Assembly: GCA_011174795.1 (NCBI GenBank)
Contig: DUEY01000007.1
Coordinates: forward strand, 70-64,069
Length of the DNA: 64,000 nucleotides
Origin: Dehalococcoidia bacterium
GTDB taxonomy: Bacteria > Chloroflexota > Dehalococcoidia > SZUA-161
Direction: 5' to 3'
The notes under the pieces are model-generated. The model was not told the DNA's origin. It did no database searches and saw only the letters and a program-made list of their open reading frames with translations. Below, in pieces: positions 7,856 through 17,945 of this stretch (positions within the stretch are counted from its first letter, which is position 1; each line of letters opens with the position of its first letter). The translations under genes were made by a program, and so were the position numbers.

Positions 7856-10678
7856 ATGAGTTGGTACAGACCAGATAGCGGGGACAACAGTAACGGGCAG
7901 CCCAAGTGGCCTGACATCTCACAGATGCAGTTCAGCGTCCCTCCCGGGTTACGCAGAGTAGCCAAGTGGCTGATAATCCCGTTCGTCCTGATAGTGCTCT
8001 TTATCATCTTCAGCGTGATTAAGGGCATATGGACAGAGTGGCTCTGGTTCTCCAACCTGGGGTTCAGCAGCGTCTACAGCACTGTTCTCGTTACCAAGGC
8101 CACCAACTTCTTCGTAGCAGCTTTCGTTTTCGGCATCCTGCTTACGGGGAACATCCTGCTGGCAAGGCGGCTGAGTCCAAAGGCCGATATTCCTTCGATT
8201 TCCCAGGAAGGGCTGCAAAACCTGCGCAGGACGGCGATAATAGGCATAGTACTCGCTGTAATCATTTTAAGCTTGATCTTCGGCTCAGCCGCTCAGGGAC
8301 ACTGGGAAACGGTGCTGAAGTTCCCCAACGGGCAGACTTTCGGTATCTCCGATCCCATATTCGACAAGGATGTAAGCTTCTACCTGTTCTCCCTGCCCTT
8401 CCATAGGTTCGTCCAAGGCTGGTTTCTGGGCGCTCTTATCGTTATCCTGATTGCTACCTTTGCCTTCTATGCCTTCAACTACAGCTTGCGCCGGCTCAGC
8501 TTTGCTTTCAGTATCGGGGTCAAAGCCCATCTTTCCATACTGCTGGCAGCGATACTGGGTATATACGCCTGGCACTATTTTCTGGACATCTACGGGCTGG
8601 TCTATTCGGAGCGGGGGGTGGTGCTCGGAGCTGGCTATACCGACGTCCACGCCCAGCTCATCGCCCTCAGAATTCTCATCGCTACCGTCATTGTCTGCGC
8701 CATCATGGTGCTGGTCAATATCTTCCGCCGTGGATTCCGTCTGCCCCTCTACGCCTTCGGGCTCTGGATCGCCGCTATTATCATTGTCGGCGCTATCTAT
8801 CCCGCGATAGTACAGAGGTTCCAGGTCAGCCCCAGCGAGCTGGCCCGGGAAACAGAATACATAGAATACAACATCGAGTTCACCAGAGAAGCTTTTGCGC
8901 TCGACAGGATCGAGGAGCAGCAGTTCCCCGCCGAGGAGGAACTGACCATCGAGGACATCACCGCCAACCCAGCGACGATAGAGAATATCAGGCTCTGGGA
9001 CAGCCGGCCGCTGCTAAACACCTATCACCAGAAGCAGGCACTGCGCCCGTACTATGACTTCTATGATATAGATATCGACCGCTATGAGACGGACGGCCAG
9101 TACCGTCAGGTCATGCTCGGCGCACGGGAGTTTTACCAGGAGAACCTCGACCCCAAGGCAAAGACATGGGTGAACGAGCGCCTGGTTTATACCCACGGCT
9201 ACGGGCTTGCCCTGAGCCCGGTCACCGAATTCAGCGAGGAAGGCGCTCCGGTCTTACAGGTCAAGGACATCCCGCCGGTTAGCGATTTCGACAGGTTCCA
9301 GGTAGAAAGACCCGAGATATATTACGGGGAGAAGACCGACCAATACATCGTCGTCAACACTAATACCGAAGAGTTTGATTACCCCATGGGCGAGCAGAAT
9401 ATCTACACCGAGTATGCCGGCGAGGGAGGGGTGTCCCTCGGCTCCTTCTTACGCAGGGTGGCCTATGCCTGGCAGTTAGGAGATTTCAACATCCTTATCA
9501 GCGGTGAGATCACCTCCGACAGCAGGGTACTCTACTACCGCGATATACAGGAGAGAGTGAAGCACATCGCCCCCTTCCTTCAACTCGACGATGACCCCTA
9601 CCTGATGATTACCGAAGAGGGCAGGCTGATGTGGATACAGGATGCCTACACCTGGAGCGACAAGTACCCCTACTCCGAGCCGCTCACCGACGGTACCAAC
9701 TACATCCGCAACAGCATCAAGGCGATCATCGACGCCTATAACGGCACCGTGACCTTTTACGTCGTCGAGCCGGACGACCCCGTTGTCCAGACCTATCAGG
9801 AGATCTTCCCCGACCTGTTCACCCCGGGAACGGAGATGCCCGATGATATCAGGGAACACCTCCGCTATCCCGAAGACCTGTTCATGATACAGGCACAAGT
9901 GTACCAGAGATACCACATGCAGGATGTGAAGGTGTTCTACGGAAAAGAGGACCTGTGGGCAATCCCCGAAGAGATATACAGGGGCACGGCGCAGCGGATG
10001 GAGCCATATTATGTCATCATGCGCCTCCCCGATGAGGAGAAGGAAGAGTTCCTGCTCATGCTGCCTTTGACCCCTGAGAATAAAAAGAACACACTTGCCT
10101 GGCTGGCGGCTCGCTCCGATGGCGACAACTACGGTAAGCTACTGGCATACTACCTGCCTAAAGATAAACTCATCTACGGTCCCATGCAGGTGGAGAACCG
10201 CATCGAGCAGAATACCGCGATCACGGAGCAGTTCGCCCTCTGGGGGCGCGGTGGCTCCACAGTGCTTCGCGGTAATCTGTTGATGATACCTATCGAGGAA
10301 TCCTTCCTCTACGTGGAGCCGGTATTCCTGCAAGGAGCAGCGGGGGGTCTGCCCGAACTGAAGCGGGTGATTACCGCCAGCGGCGACCGCATTGCCATGG
10401 AGCAGACGCTGGACGAGGCACTCGAGGCCACCTTCGGCATCGAGCCAGAGCCGACGCCCACACCGGAGCCCACACCAACGCCGATACCTACGCCTACACC
10501 GACGCCCGGCGGTGAGCCTCCCGGCGATGTAGCTGCCCTGGTGGAATCCATACAGCAGCATCTGGACAAAATGCAGGAGTACGCCGGGGCTGGCGACTGG
10601 GCAGCCTACGGCGAGGAGTTAGATGCTCTGGAAGCGGATATCCAGAGGCTGGCTGATTTGACCGCTGAGTTAGAATAA
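7856..10678 (+). CDS. UPF0182-family large integral membrane protein
   Basis: The N-terminus has about 7 TM segments, followed by a large soluble region with RLWDSRPL, YDFYDIDIDRY and ERLVYTHGYGLALSPV, typical of UPF0182 (COG1615). The C-terminal linker is Pro/Thr-rich. Confidence 0.75.
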   Translation: MSWYRPDSGDNSNGQPKWPDISQMQFSVPPGLRRVAKWLIIPFVLIVLFIIFSVIKGIWTEWLWFSNLGFSSVYSTVLVTKATNFFVAAFVFGILLTGNILLARRLSPKADIPSISQEGLQNLRRTAIIGIVLAVIILSLIFGSAAQGHWETVLKFPNGQTFGISDPIFDKDVSFYLFSLPFHRFVQGWFLGALIVILIATFAFYAFNYSLRRLSFAFSIGVKAHLSILLAAILGIYAWHYFLDIYGLVYSERGVVLGAGYTDVHAQLIALRILIATVIVCAIMVLVNIFRRGFRLPLYAFGLWIAAIIIVGAIYPAIVQRFQVSPSELARETEYIEYNIEFTREAFALDRIEEQQFPAEEELTIEDITANPATIENIRLWDSRPLLNTYHQKQALRPYYDFYDIDIDRYETDGQYRQVMLGAREFYQENLDPKAKTWVNERLVYTHGYGLALSPVTEFSEEGAPVLQVKDIPPVSDFDRFQVERPEIYYGEKTDQYIVVNTNTEEFDYPMGEQNIYTEYAGEGGVSLGSFLRRVAYAWQLGDFNILISGEITSDSRVLYYRDIQERVKHIAPFLQLDDDPYLMITEEGRLMWIQDAYTWSDKYPYSEPLTDGTNYIRNSIKAIIDAYNGTVTFYVVEPDDPVVQTYQEIFPDLFTPGTEMPDDIREHLRYPEDLFMIQAQVYQRYHMQDVKVFYGKEDLWAIPEEIYRGTAQRMEPYYVIMRLPDEEKEEFLLMLPLTPENKKNTLAWLAARSDGDNYGKLLAYYLPKDKLIYGPMQVENRIEQNTAITEQFALWGRGGSTVLRGNLLMIPIEESFLYVEPVFLQGAAGGLPELKRVITASGDRIAMEQTLDEALEATFGIEPEPTPTPEPTPTPIPTPTPTPGGEPPGDVAALVESIQQHLDKMQEYAGAGDWAAYGEELDALEADIQRLADLTAELE

Positions 10679-10693
10679 ATCAGGGACCAACAG

Positions 10694-11896
10694 ATGACAG
10701 ACTGGCAAGAACTGGAAAAAAAGTACTTCATGAGCACGTTCAAGCGCATGCCGGTGACGCTTGTTCAGGGCCGTGGAACCCTGGTGTGGGACGATGAAGG
10801 CAACGAGTACCTGGACTTCACCGCAGGCTGGGGTGTGAACTGCCTGGGTCACTGCCATCCCGCAGTGGTCAACGCCATAAAAGAGCAGTCAAAGACCCTC
10901 ATCCAGACTTCGAACCAGTTCTACACAATCCCCCAGCTCGAACTTGCCGAGCTGCTGGTGGAGCATAGCTGCCTCGATAAGGCGTTTTTCTGCAACAGCG
11001 GTGTCGAGGCTACCGAGGGCGCAGTGAAGCTGGCACGCAAGTACGGTAAGCTTCACCTCAACGGTGCCTACGAGGTTATAACCACCTTCGACTCCTTCCA
11101 TGGACGAACACTGGCGATGACAGCCGCCACCGGGCAGCGCAAGTTCCAGGAGCCTTACGTCCCTGTTCCCGAGGGATTTATTAACGTGGCATATAACAAC
11201 ATCGATGCCATCAAAGCGGCAACCAACTCCAAGACCTGCGCCGTCATGCTGGAGCCAATCCAGGGCGAGGGCGGCGTTAATATCCCCGCCGGAGACTACC
11301 TCAAGAAAGTACGGGCCTGGTGCGACGAGAAGGGCATCCTCCTCATCCTCGACGAGGTGCAGACGGGTATAGGGCGACTCGGCACACTCTTTGGCTACGA
11401 GCAGTTCCGCGTCGAGCCCGATATCATCACCCTCGGCAAGGGGCTCGGCGGTGGCGTTCCTCTGGGGGCTTTCCTGTCCAAGGATAAATCATCTGTCTTC
11501 GCCCCTGGTGAGCACGGCTCAACCTTCGGCGGCAACCCGCTGACCTGCGCTGCAGGCTGTGCCACGGTAAAATATGTCATTGAAAACGATATACCGGGCA
11601 AAGCGAGAGAGAGCGGCGAGTACCTGCTATCAGAGCTCAAGAAGCTCAAATCGACATTCAAGTTCATCGTTGATGCACGAGGCCGCGGTCTTCTTGCAGC
11701 CATTCAGTTCGAAAGCGACATCTCCGATAATGTGGTACAATCTTGTCTGAAGCGCGGCCTGTTGCTCAATCCGGTGAAGCCAAACGCTATTCGCTTCATG
11801 CCGCCTCTTAACATAACTAGCAGCGATATCAACGAAGCTATCATGATTTTGGATACCGTGCTTGCGGAAGTCGGCAAAGGAAAGAGGGGTACATAA
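10694..11896 (+). CDS. argD: Acetylornithine aminotransferase
   Basis: Class-III aminotransferase motifs LILDEVQTGIGRLG and TLGKGLGGG, in an arg-cluster context. Confidence 0.9.
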   Translation: MTDWQELEKKYFMSTFKRMPVTLVQGRGTLVWDDEGNEYLDFTAGWGVNCLGHCHPAVVNAIKEQSKTLIQTSNQFYTIPQLELAELLVEHSCLDKAFFCNSGVEATEGAVKLARKYGKLHLNGAYEVITTFDSFHGRTLAMTAATGQRKFQEPYVPVPEGFINVAYNNIDAIKAATNSKTCAVMLEPIQGEGGVNIPAGDYLKKVRAWCDEKGILLILDEVQTGIGRLGTLFGYEQFRVEPDIITLGKGLGGGVPLGAFLSKDKSSVFAPGEHGSTFGGNPLTCAAGCATVKYVIENDIPGKARESGEYLLSELKKLKSTFKFIVDARGRGLLAAIQFESDISDNVVQSCLKRGLLLNPVKPNAIRFMPPLNITSSDINEAIMILDTVLAEVGKGKRGT

Positions 11897-13102
11897 TTGA
11901 CGGACAAGGTGGTTTTAGCCTATAGCGGCGGGGTCGATACTTCGGTCGCTATCAAGTGGATCGCCGAGAAGTACGACATGGATGTTGTCGCCCTGAGCAT
12001 AGACATGGGAGCGGAAAAGGAATACGAGGCCATACGGAAGAAAGCGCTCGATGTAGGGGCAATCAAAGCGATGGTTGTCGATGCCAGGGATGTTTTCATC
12101 AGCGATTACGTCTTCCCCGCCCTGCAGGCGGACGCGCTCTACGAAGGACAGTATCCCCTCGCTACCGCCCTCGCCCGCCCGCTCATAGCCAAGCTCATGG
12201 TTGATACAGCCCGCCTGGAGGAAGCAACAGCGGTGGCTCACGGCTGCACCGGCAAGGGAAATGACCAGGTCAGGTTCGATGTCAGCTTTGCCGCCCTCGC
12301 CCCTGACCTCAAGATCATTGCGCCAGCACGTGAGTGGGGCATGACCCGTGAACAGACCATAGACTACGCCAAGAGTCACAACATCCCGGTGCCGGTCACA
12401 GTGTCCAGCCCCTACTCGATAGATGAAAACCTCTGGGGCAAGGCCATCGAGTGCGGCGTTCTGGAGGACCCCTGGGTCGAGCCACCCGAGGAAGTCTTCA
12501 CCTGGACACGAGCACCGCAAGATGCCCCCGATAAGCCCTGTTACATCGAGATCGGTTTCGATGGAGGCATCCCCACCAGCCTCGATGGACAGAAGGTAAA
12601 CGGTATCGACCTGGTGGAGAAGCTGAACAGCGTCGCCGGTGAGCACGGCGTGGGCAGGATTGACCACGTGGAGAACCGCCTGGTGGGGATTAAGTCAAGG
12701 GAGATATACGAAGCTCCGGCAGCGTCGGTGCTCCTCCCTGCTCACCTTGCGCTGGAGCAGATGACCCTTGCCAAAGACCAGCTTCGTTTTAAGCAGAAGG
12801 TAGCCCTGGAATATGCCGACATCATCTACAACGGGCTCTGGTTTACAGCGCTCCAGCAGGACCTCGCCGCCTATGTCAAGAGCACACAGCGCCATGTCAG
12901 CGGAACGGTGCGGATGAAGCTGTTCAAAGGCAGGGCAACCGTGGTGGGACGCAAATCGCCGAAGTCGCTCTACAGATACGACCTCGCCACCTACGACGAG
13001 GCAGACCAGTTCGACCAGAGCGCCTCCGAGGGCTTTATCCAAATCTATGGCCTGCCGGTAAAGACCCAGGCACAGGTTCAGGTGGAGGAAGAACTTAAAT
13101 GA
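11897..13102 (+). CDS. argG: Argininosuccinate synthase
   Basis: TTG start directly after the argD stop. Contains the VVLAYSGGVDTS ATP-PPase motif and full-length ArgG similarity. Confidence 0.9.
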   Translation: MTDKVVLAYSGGVDTSVAIKWIAEKYDMDVVALSIDMGAEKEYEAIRKKALDVGAIKAMVVDARDVFISDYVFPALQADALYEGQYPLATALARPLIAKLMVDTARLEEATAVAHGCTGKGNDQVRFDVSFAALAPDLKIIAPAREWGMTREQTIDYAKSHNIPVPVTVSSPYSIDENLWGKAIECGVLEDPWVEPPEEVFTWTRAPQDAPDKPCYIEIGFDGGIPTSLDGQKVNGIDLVEKLNSVAGEHGVGRIDHVENRLVGIKSREIYEAPAASVLLPAHLALEQMTLAKDQLRFKQKVALEYADIIYNGLWFTALQQDLAAYVKSTQRHVSGTVRMKLFKGRATVVGRKSPKSLYRYDLATYDEADQFDQSASEGFIQIYGLPVKTQAQVQVEEELK

Positions 13103-14466
13103 CCCTGCGCAGCCGCTTCGGTAAGGAGATGGACGACCTGGCGAAGGGATATACCGCGTCAATTCCCTTTGACCGGCGCCTGTATGAGTACGATATCGCC
13201 GGCTCCATTGCCCACGCCCGGATGCTGGCCAAGCAGGGTATTATATCAGACAGGGACGCAGAACTCATCATCATGGGTTTGACCTCCATCAGGGAGGAGA
13301 TAGAGCAGGACAGGTTCGAGTTCAAGAAGGAACTCGAAGACATCCATATGAACATCGAGGTACGCCTTATTGCGAAGGTAGGCGACCCTGGAGCCAAGCT
13401 CCATACCGCACGCTCCAGAAACGACCAGGTTGCCCTCGACATGAGGCTGTTCACCAAGGACGCGATCGCTGAGACGCTCAGACGGCTCAAGGCGCTCCAG
13501 AAAGCCCTCCTCGACCAGGCGCAGGAAAATAAGAAGGTAATCATGCCCGGCTATACCCATCTGCAGAGGGCGCAGCCGATTCTCCTCGCCCACCACGTCC
13601 TCGCCTATTTCGAAATGTTCCAGCGGGACGTTGAGCGCTTCAAGAACTGCCTCGAGCGCACCGATGTCCTGCCTCTGGGCAGCGGTGCCCTCGCCGGCGT
13701 ATCCTATGACATCGACCGCGACTTCCTGGCGAAGGAGCTCGGCTTCAGCAAAGTGAGCGCAAACAGCCTCGATGCCGTATCCGACCGCGACTTCGTCATC
13801 GAGTACCAGGCAGCGGCCAGTCTGGCCATGATGCACCTCTCACGTCTCGCCGAGGAGATAACCCTGTGGTCATCGGCGGAGTTCGGCTTCATCGAGATCG
13901 ATGATGCCTTCGCCTCCGGCTCCAGCATCATGCCCCAGAAGAAGAACCCGGATGTGGCCGAGCTGGCACGAGCCAAGACGGGCCGGGTCTACGGCCACCT
14001 GATGGCTTTTTTAACAACGATGAAGGCGCTGCCACTGTCCTATAACCGCGACATGCAGGAAGATAAAGAGGGGCTGTTCGATTCTGTGGACACCCTTCTC
14101 TCCACGCTCGAGGTCTTCGCTGCGATGATAGCCTGCCTGCGCGTGAAGAGCGACCGGATGCGCCAGGCCGTTGAGCAGGACTACACCCTTGCTACCGACA
14201 TAGCCGACTACCTGGTGAGGAAGGGCATTCCGTTTCGCGAAGCCCATACCATCGTAGGGAAGCTGGTGCGCTATGCCAGCGAACTCGGCAGGTCGCTGAC
14301 CGAGATCGAGTTGAGCGAATACCGCAGGTTCTGCGCTGAGTTCGATAATGACGTTAAGTCGATCACCGTGGAATCCTCCCTTGCGGCACGCGGTTCGAGC
14401 GGCGGAACCGCGCCTGAGGAGGTGGAAAAAGCGCTGGCGGCAGCAAAAAAGAAGCTCAATGGATAA
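13099..14466 (+). CDS. argH: Argininosuccinate lyase
   Basis: Fumarate-lyase signature GSSIMPQKKNPD. A 4-nt overlap with argG. Confidence 0.9.
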   Translation: MTLRSRFGKEMDDLAKGYTASIPFDRRLYEYDIAGSIAHARMLAKQGIISDRDAELIIMGLTSIREEIEQDRFEFKKELEDIHMNIEVRLIAKVGDPGAKLHTARSRNDQVALDMRLFTKDAIAETLRRLKALQKALLDQAQENKKVIMPGYTHLQRAQPILLAHHVLAYFEMFQRDVERFKNCLERTDVLPLGSGALAGVSYDIDRDFLAKELGFSKVSANSLDAVSDRDFVIEYQAAASLAMMHLSRLAEEITLWSSAEFGFIEIDDAFASGSSIMPQKKNPDVAELARAKTGRVYGHLMAFLTTMKALPLSYNRDMQEDKEGLFDSVDTLLSTLEVFAAMIACLRVKSDRMRQAVEQDYTLATDIADYLVRKGIPFREAHTIVGKLVRYASELGRSLTEIELSEYRRFCAEFDNDVKSITVESSLAARGSSGGTAPEEVEKALAAAKKKLNG

Positions 14467-15139
14467 TAAAATCAAGCTGGCCCCGTCTATCCTTTCCGCC
14501 GACTTCGGCCGCCTCGGGGAGCAGGTCGCTGAGGCGACCAAGGCAGGCGCTGATTATATCCACGTCGATGTTATGGACGGGCACTTCGTCCCCAACATAA
14601 CCATCGGCCCTATGGTTGTAGCAGCCTTGTGCCCCCACACCACCATCCCCCTCGACGTGCACCTGATGATCGAATCTCCCGAGAAATATCTCAAGCAGTT
14701 CGCCGAGGCAGGAGCCGACATAATCACCGTTCATGCAGAGGTATGTCCCCACCTGCACCGGGTCGTGGAATCCATCAAAGAGCTGGGGAGCAAGGCAGGT
14801 GTATCCCTGAACCCGAGCACGCCATTGACCGAAGTCGACGAGATCCTGCCCGCGCTCGACCTGGTTCTGCTGATGTCGGTTAATCCCGGTTTCGGGGGAC
14901 AGAAATTTATCGAGAGCACGGTAGGTAAAATAGCGCGCCTCCGGCGCAGACTCGACGAACTGGGGCTGGCAGCTGAGCTCGAAGTGGATGGGGGTATAAC
15001 TGCTGATATCGCCCCCCGGGTGGTTCAAGCCGGGGCGAGAGTACTCGTAGCCGGTGCTGCGGTCTTCAACAAGAAGGAAACAGTCTCGCAAGCCATAGCG
15101 AGGTTCAGGGAGAGCATTCGGGGACTCGAGGCAGGCTAG
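14459..15139 (+). CDS. rpe: Ribulose-phosphate 3-epimerase
   Basis: MDNKIKLAPSILSADFGRLGE...HVDVMDGHFVPN. I placed the start at the ATG overlapping the argH stop; the longer ORF from 14348 lies inside argH. Confidence 0.9.
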   Translation: MDNKIKLAPSILSADFGRLGEQVAEATKAGADYIHVDVMDGHFVPNITIGPMVVAALCPHTTIPLDVHLMIESPEKYLKQFAEAGADIITVHAEVCPHLHRVVESIKELGSKAGVSLNPSTPLTEVDEILPALDLVLLMSVNPGFGGQKFIESTVGKIARLRRRLDELGLAAELEVDGGITADIAPRVVQAGARVLVAGAAVFNKKETVSQAIARFRESIRGLEAG

Positions 15140-15148
15140 GAATCCAGA

Positions 15149-15331
15149 TCAGCCAGTTATTTTATGCTGGGTCCGTAGACACCTGGTGCAAATGGTTATC
15201 CGCTTACTCTTGCCCTCGGTGACAATAGTGGTCGTCCTGAGGTTAGGCGTCCAGCGCCGTTTAGTATGACGCATGGAGTGAGATACAGTGTTTCCAAACT
15301 GCGGTCCCTTACCACAAATCTCGCACTTCAA
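15149..15331 (-). CDS. rpmB: 50S ribosomal protein L28
   Basis: MKCEICGKGPQFGNTVSHSMRHTKRRWTPNL is the canonical L28 N-terminus. Confidence 0.9.
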   Translation of the reverse strand: MKCEICGKGPQFGNTVSHSMRHTKRRWTPNLRTTTIVTEGKSKRITICTRCLRTQHKITG

Positions 15332-15344
15332 ACTAGTATCCTCT

Positions 15345-15373
15345 TTGACTAAAGTATATTTTTACGGTAAAAT
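15345..15373 (+). promoter_or_regulatory. Sigma70-type promoter for yloV-degV-recG
   Basis: TTGACT, a 17-bp spacer, then TAAAAT, in the divergent rpmB/yloV intergenic region. Confidence 0.45.
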
Positions 15374-15458
15374 TCAGGCTCAAGGATACCACAATCGAAA
15401 GAGTTGTGCAACCGGACGCACGATTACCAGGTTGAGCGACATCGAAATCTAAAATGGG

Positions 15459-17093
15459 GTGGCCAGCGAATCAGGAGAGCCTGGTATGAACGATTTAAGC
15501 TCCTGCGATGGGATAGGGCTGAGAGGGATGTTCAGCGCTGCTACCCGCTGGCTGGAGCGCAGTGCTCAGTCCATTAACACGCTCAATGTCTTCCCTGTTC
15601 CCGATGGTGATACCGGCACCAATATGCTCTTAACCATGCGGGCGGCAATGGAAGAGGCTTCCCGGTCCACAGATGGGGATGCCGCAGCTATAGCACAGGC
15701 GCTAGCGAAGGGCTCCCTTATGGGGGCCAGGGGTAACAGCGGCGTAATCCTGTCACAGATTTTCCGCGGTTTGGCCAGCGGACTTGACGGTAAAAACGCC
15801 TTCGACGGCAACGATTTGGCCGCTGCTCTTGTCCAGTCATCCATCTACGCCTATAAAGGCATGAGCAAGCCCGTAGAAGGTACGATCCTCACCGTTATCC
15901 GCGAAGCCGCCGACGCCGCCATGACGAAGAGCGCCTCGCATGACGGCGACCTGCTGGCGATTATGGAAGCCGTCGTTGATGAGGCCAGAGCCTCAGTGGC
16001 GAGGACGCCATCGCTCCTTCCAGTGCTGCGCCAGGCCGGGGTTGTGGATGCCGGCGGGCAGGGGCTCTATGTGTTGCTTGAAGGTTCCCTGCAATACCTG
16101 CGCGGCGATTTGGAAGAGGGTGATATCACCCCGGTTGAACCAGCAGCCAGCCCCTTCCTGACTTCAGTAGAAGACGCCCAATACGGTTACTGCACCGAGT
16201 TCCTGCTCCGGGGCAGAGGGCTCGACATAGATGCCATAAGGGAGAAGCTAACCAACATCGGCGAGTCCGTCCTGGTAGTCGGTGATGAGTCCATGATAAG
16301 AGCCCACCTGCACACCTTCGATCCCGGTGCTGCCCTGAGTTATGCTACCTTTTTAGGTACCCTCCAGCAGGTGAAAGTGGAGAATATGGACGAGCAACAC
16401 CGTGATTTCATAGTAGCCCAGCCCCAGTCAATCGCACCAGATATCTCTATAGTAGCCGTGGCCTCCGGTAAAGGGCTCGCCGAGGCTTTCTACAGCATCG
16501 GAGCCACTATAGTCGTCCCCGGCGGCGAGACTATGAATCCCAGCGTTCAGGAGCTTCTCCAGGCTGTGGAATCAGCTCCCTCGCAAAAGGTTATCATTTT
16601 ACCCAATAACCCCAATATTTTGCTGGCAGCGAGCCAGGTCCCGGTCCTGACCGAGAAAAAGGTTGATGTCGTGCCGACAAAGACCATACCCCAGGGGATA
16701 GCAGCGCTCCTCGCTTTCAACAACGAACTTGACCTGGAGGCAAACGCCGCTGCCATGGAGAAATCGCTGACAACTGTGCACAGTGGCGAGGTTACCACGG
16801 CGGTGAGGTCTATGGATATTAACGGCATCTCGGTCAAGAAGGGACAGGCTATAGCATTTCTGGACAGGAAGCCGGTAGCCGCCGAAGCCAGCTTGTCACT
16901 GGCTGTCCTCAAGCTGCTGTCTAAGATCAGCGTCGAACAGGACGGGCTAATCACCATCTTCTACGGGGCGAATACAGACAGCAGCGAAGTTGAGCAAATA
17001 GCCCAGGCCATCCAGGAGAAGTACCCGGGTCAGGAAATCGAGATAGTCTCCGGCGGCCAACCACACTATAACTACATCATTTCAGTAGAATAG
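15459..17093 (+). CDS. yloV: DAK2-domain fusion protein (YloV family)
   Basis: Dak2 motif PVPDGDTGTNM near the N-terminus, about 540 aa long, in the conserved rpmB-yloV-degV-recG neighbourhood. The exact start (GTG 15459 or ATG 15487) is uncertain. Confidence 0.8.
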   Translation: MASESGEPGMNDLSSCDGIGLRGMFSAATRWLERSAQSINTLNVFPVPDGDTGTNMLLTMRAAMEEASRSTDGDAAAIAQALAKGSLMGARGNSGVILSQIFRGLASGLDGKNAFDGNDLAAALVQSSIYAYKGMSKPVEGTILTVIREAADAAMTKSASHDGDLLAIMEAVVDEARASVARTPSLLPVLRQAGVVDAGGQGLYVLLEGSLQYLRGDLEEGDITPVEPAASPFLTSVEDAQYGYCTEFLLRGRGLDIDAIREKLTNIGESVLVVGDESMIRAHLHTFDPGAALSYATFLGTLQQVKVENMDEQHRDFIVAQPQSIAPDISIVAVASGKGLAEAFYSIGATIVVPGGETMNPSVQELLQAVESAPSQKVIILPNNPNILLAASQVPVLTEKKVDVVPTKTIPQGIAALLAFNNELDLEANAAAMEKSLTTVHSGEVTTAVRSMDINGISVKKGQAIAFLDRKPVAAEASLSLAVLKLLSKISVEQDGLITIFYGANTDSSEVEQIAQAIQEKYPGQEIEIVSGGQPHYNYIISVE

Positions 17094-17105
17094 ACAGGCC
17101 TCATT

Positions 17106-17945
17106 GTGGTCAAAGTAGTCACCGATAGCGTATCTGACATCCCTGCCAACGTAGCCCAGGAACTGGGAATTACGGTAGTGCCGGAATATGTATGCTTCGG
17201 CACGGAGGAGTACCGGGATGGCATCGACCTCAGCACCGATGATTTCTATAAAAGACTGGCCACCAGTCCCGTTCTTCCCACCACATCCGCTATCTCGCCC
17301 AGCGATATACTCAAAGTTTTTAACGGGCTTGCTGAGGAAACCGATGAGATCGTTGTCGTGGCTCTCTCCTCCAAATTCGGTGCCGCCTATAATAACGCCC
17401 TGCTGGCAAAAGAGATGATGGAGAAGCGGTGCCAGGTAGAGGTCATCGACTCGCTATCGGGGATAATGGGACTGGGCCTGATAGTCATTGCAGCGGCGCA
17501 GTTGGCTCAAGGCGGGGCCAGACTCGATGAGATTGTGGATGAGGTACGGGCTATTGTTCCCAGAGTACATGTCCGCATGACCTTCGACACGCTTGAGTAC
17601 CTGAGGAGAGGCGGGCGAATAGGCAAGGCACAGGGGCTTATGGGGAGTTTGCTCAAGATTAATCCCATCCTCGGCATTAAGGATGGCGAGGCCTACCCGA
17701 TTGACCGTGTTCGCGGCCGCTCCAAGGCGCTCGACTACCTGCACGATTTCGTAAGCAGCTTCCCCACTATCAGCAGCCTCGCTGTTGAACACGCCACGAC
17801 CCCTGATGAAGCAGAAATGTTCATCGACCGCTTGGACTACTTGTTCCCTAAAGAGCGCATCTACAGGTCAAAGGTCAGTCCTGTCGTAGGAACTCACGTC
17901 GGCCCACGTGTGATCGCGGTATCCTTAGTGGAAGGGAACCGTTGA
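17106..17945 (+). CDS. degV: DegV-family fatty-acid-binding protein
   Basis: N-terminal VKVVTDSVSDIP and a length of about 280 aa, typical of DegV. Confidence 0.8.
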   Translation: MVKVVTDSVSDIPANVAQELGITVVPEYVCFGTEEYRDGIDLSTDDFYKRLATSPVLPTTSAISPSDILKVFNGLAEETDEIVVVALSSKFGAAYNNALLAKEMMEKRCQVEVIDSLSGIMGLGLIVIAAAQLAQGGARLDEIVDEVRAIVPRVHVRMTFDTLEYLRRGGRIGKAQGLMGSLLKINPILGIKDGEAYPIDRVRGRSKALDYLHDFVSSFPTISSLAVEHATTPDEAEMFIDRLDYLFPKERIYRSKVSPVVGTHVGPRVIAVSLVEGNR

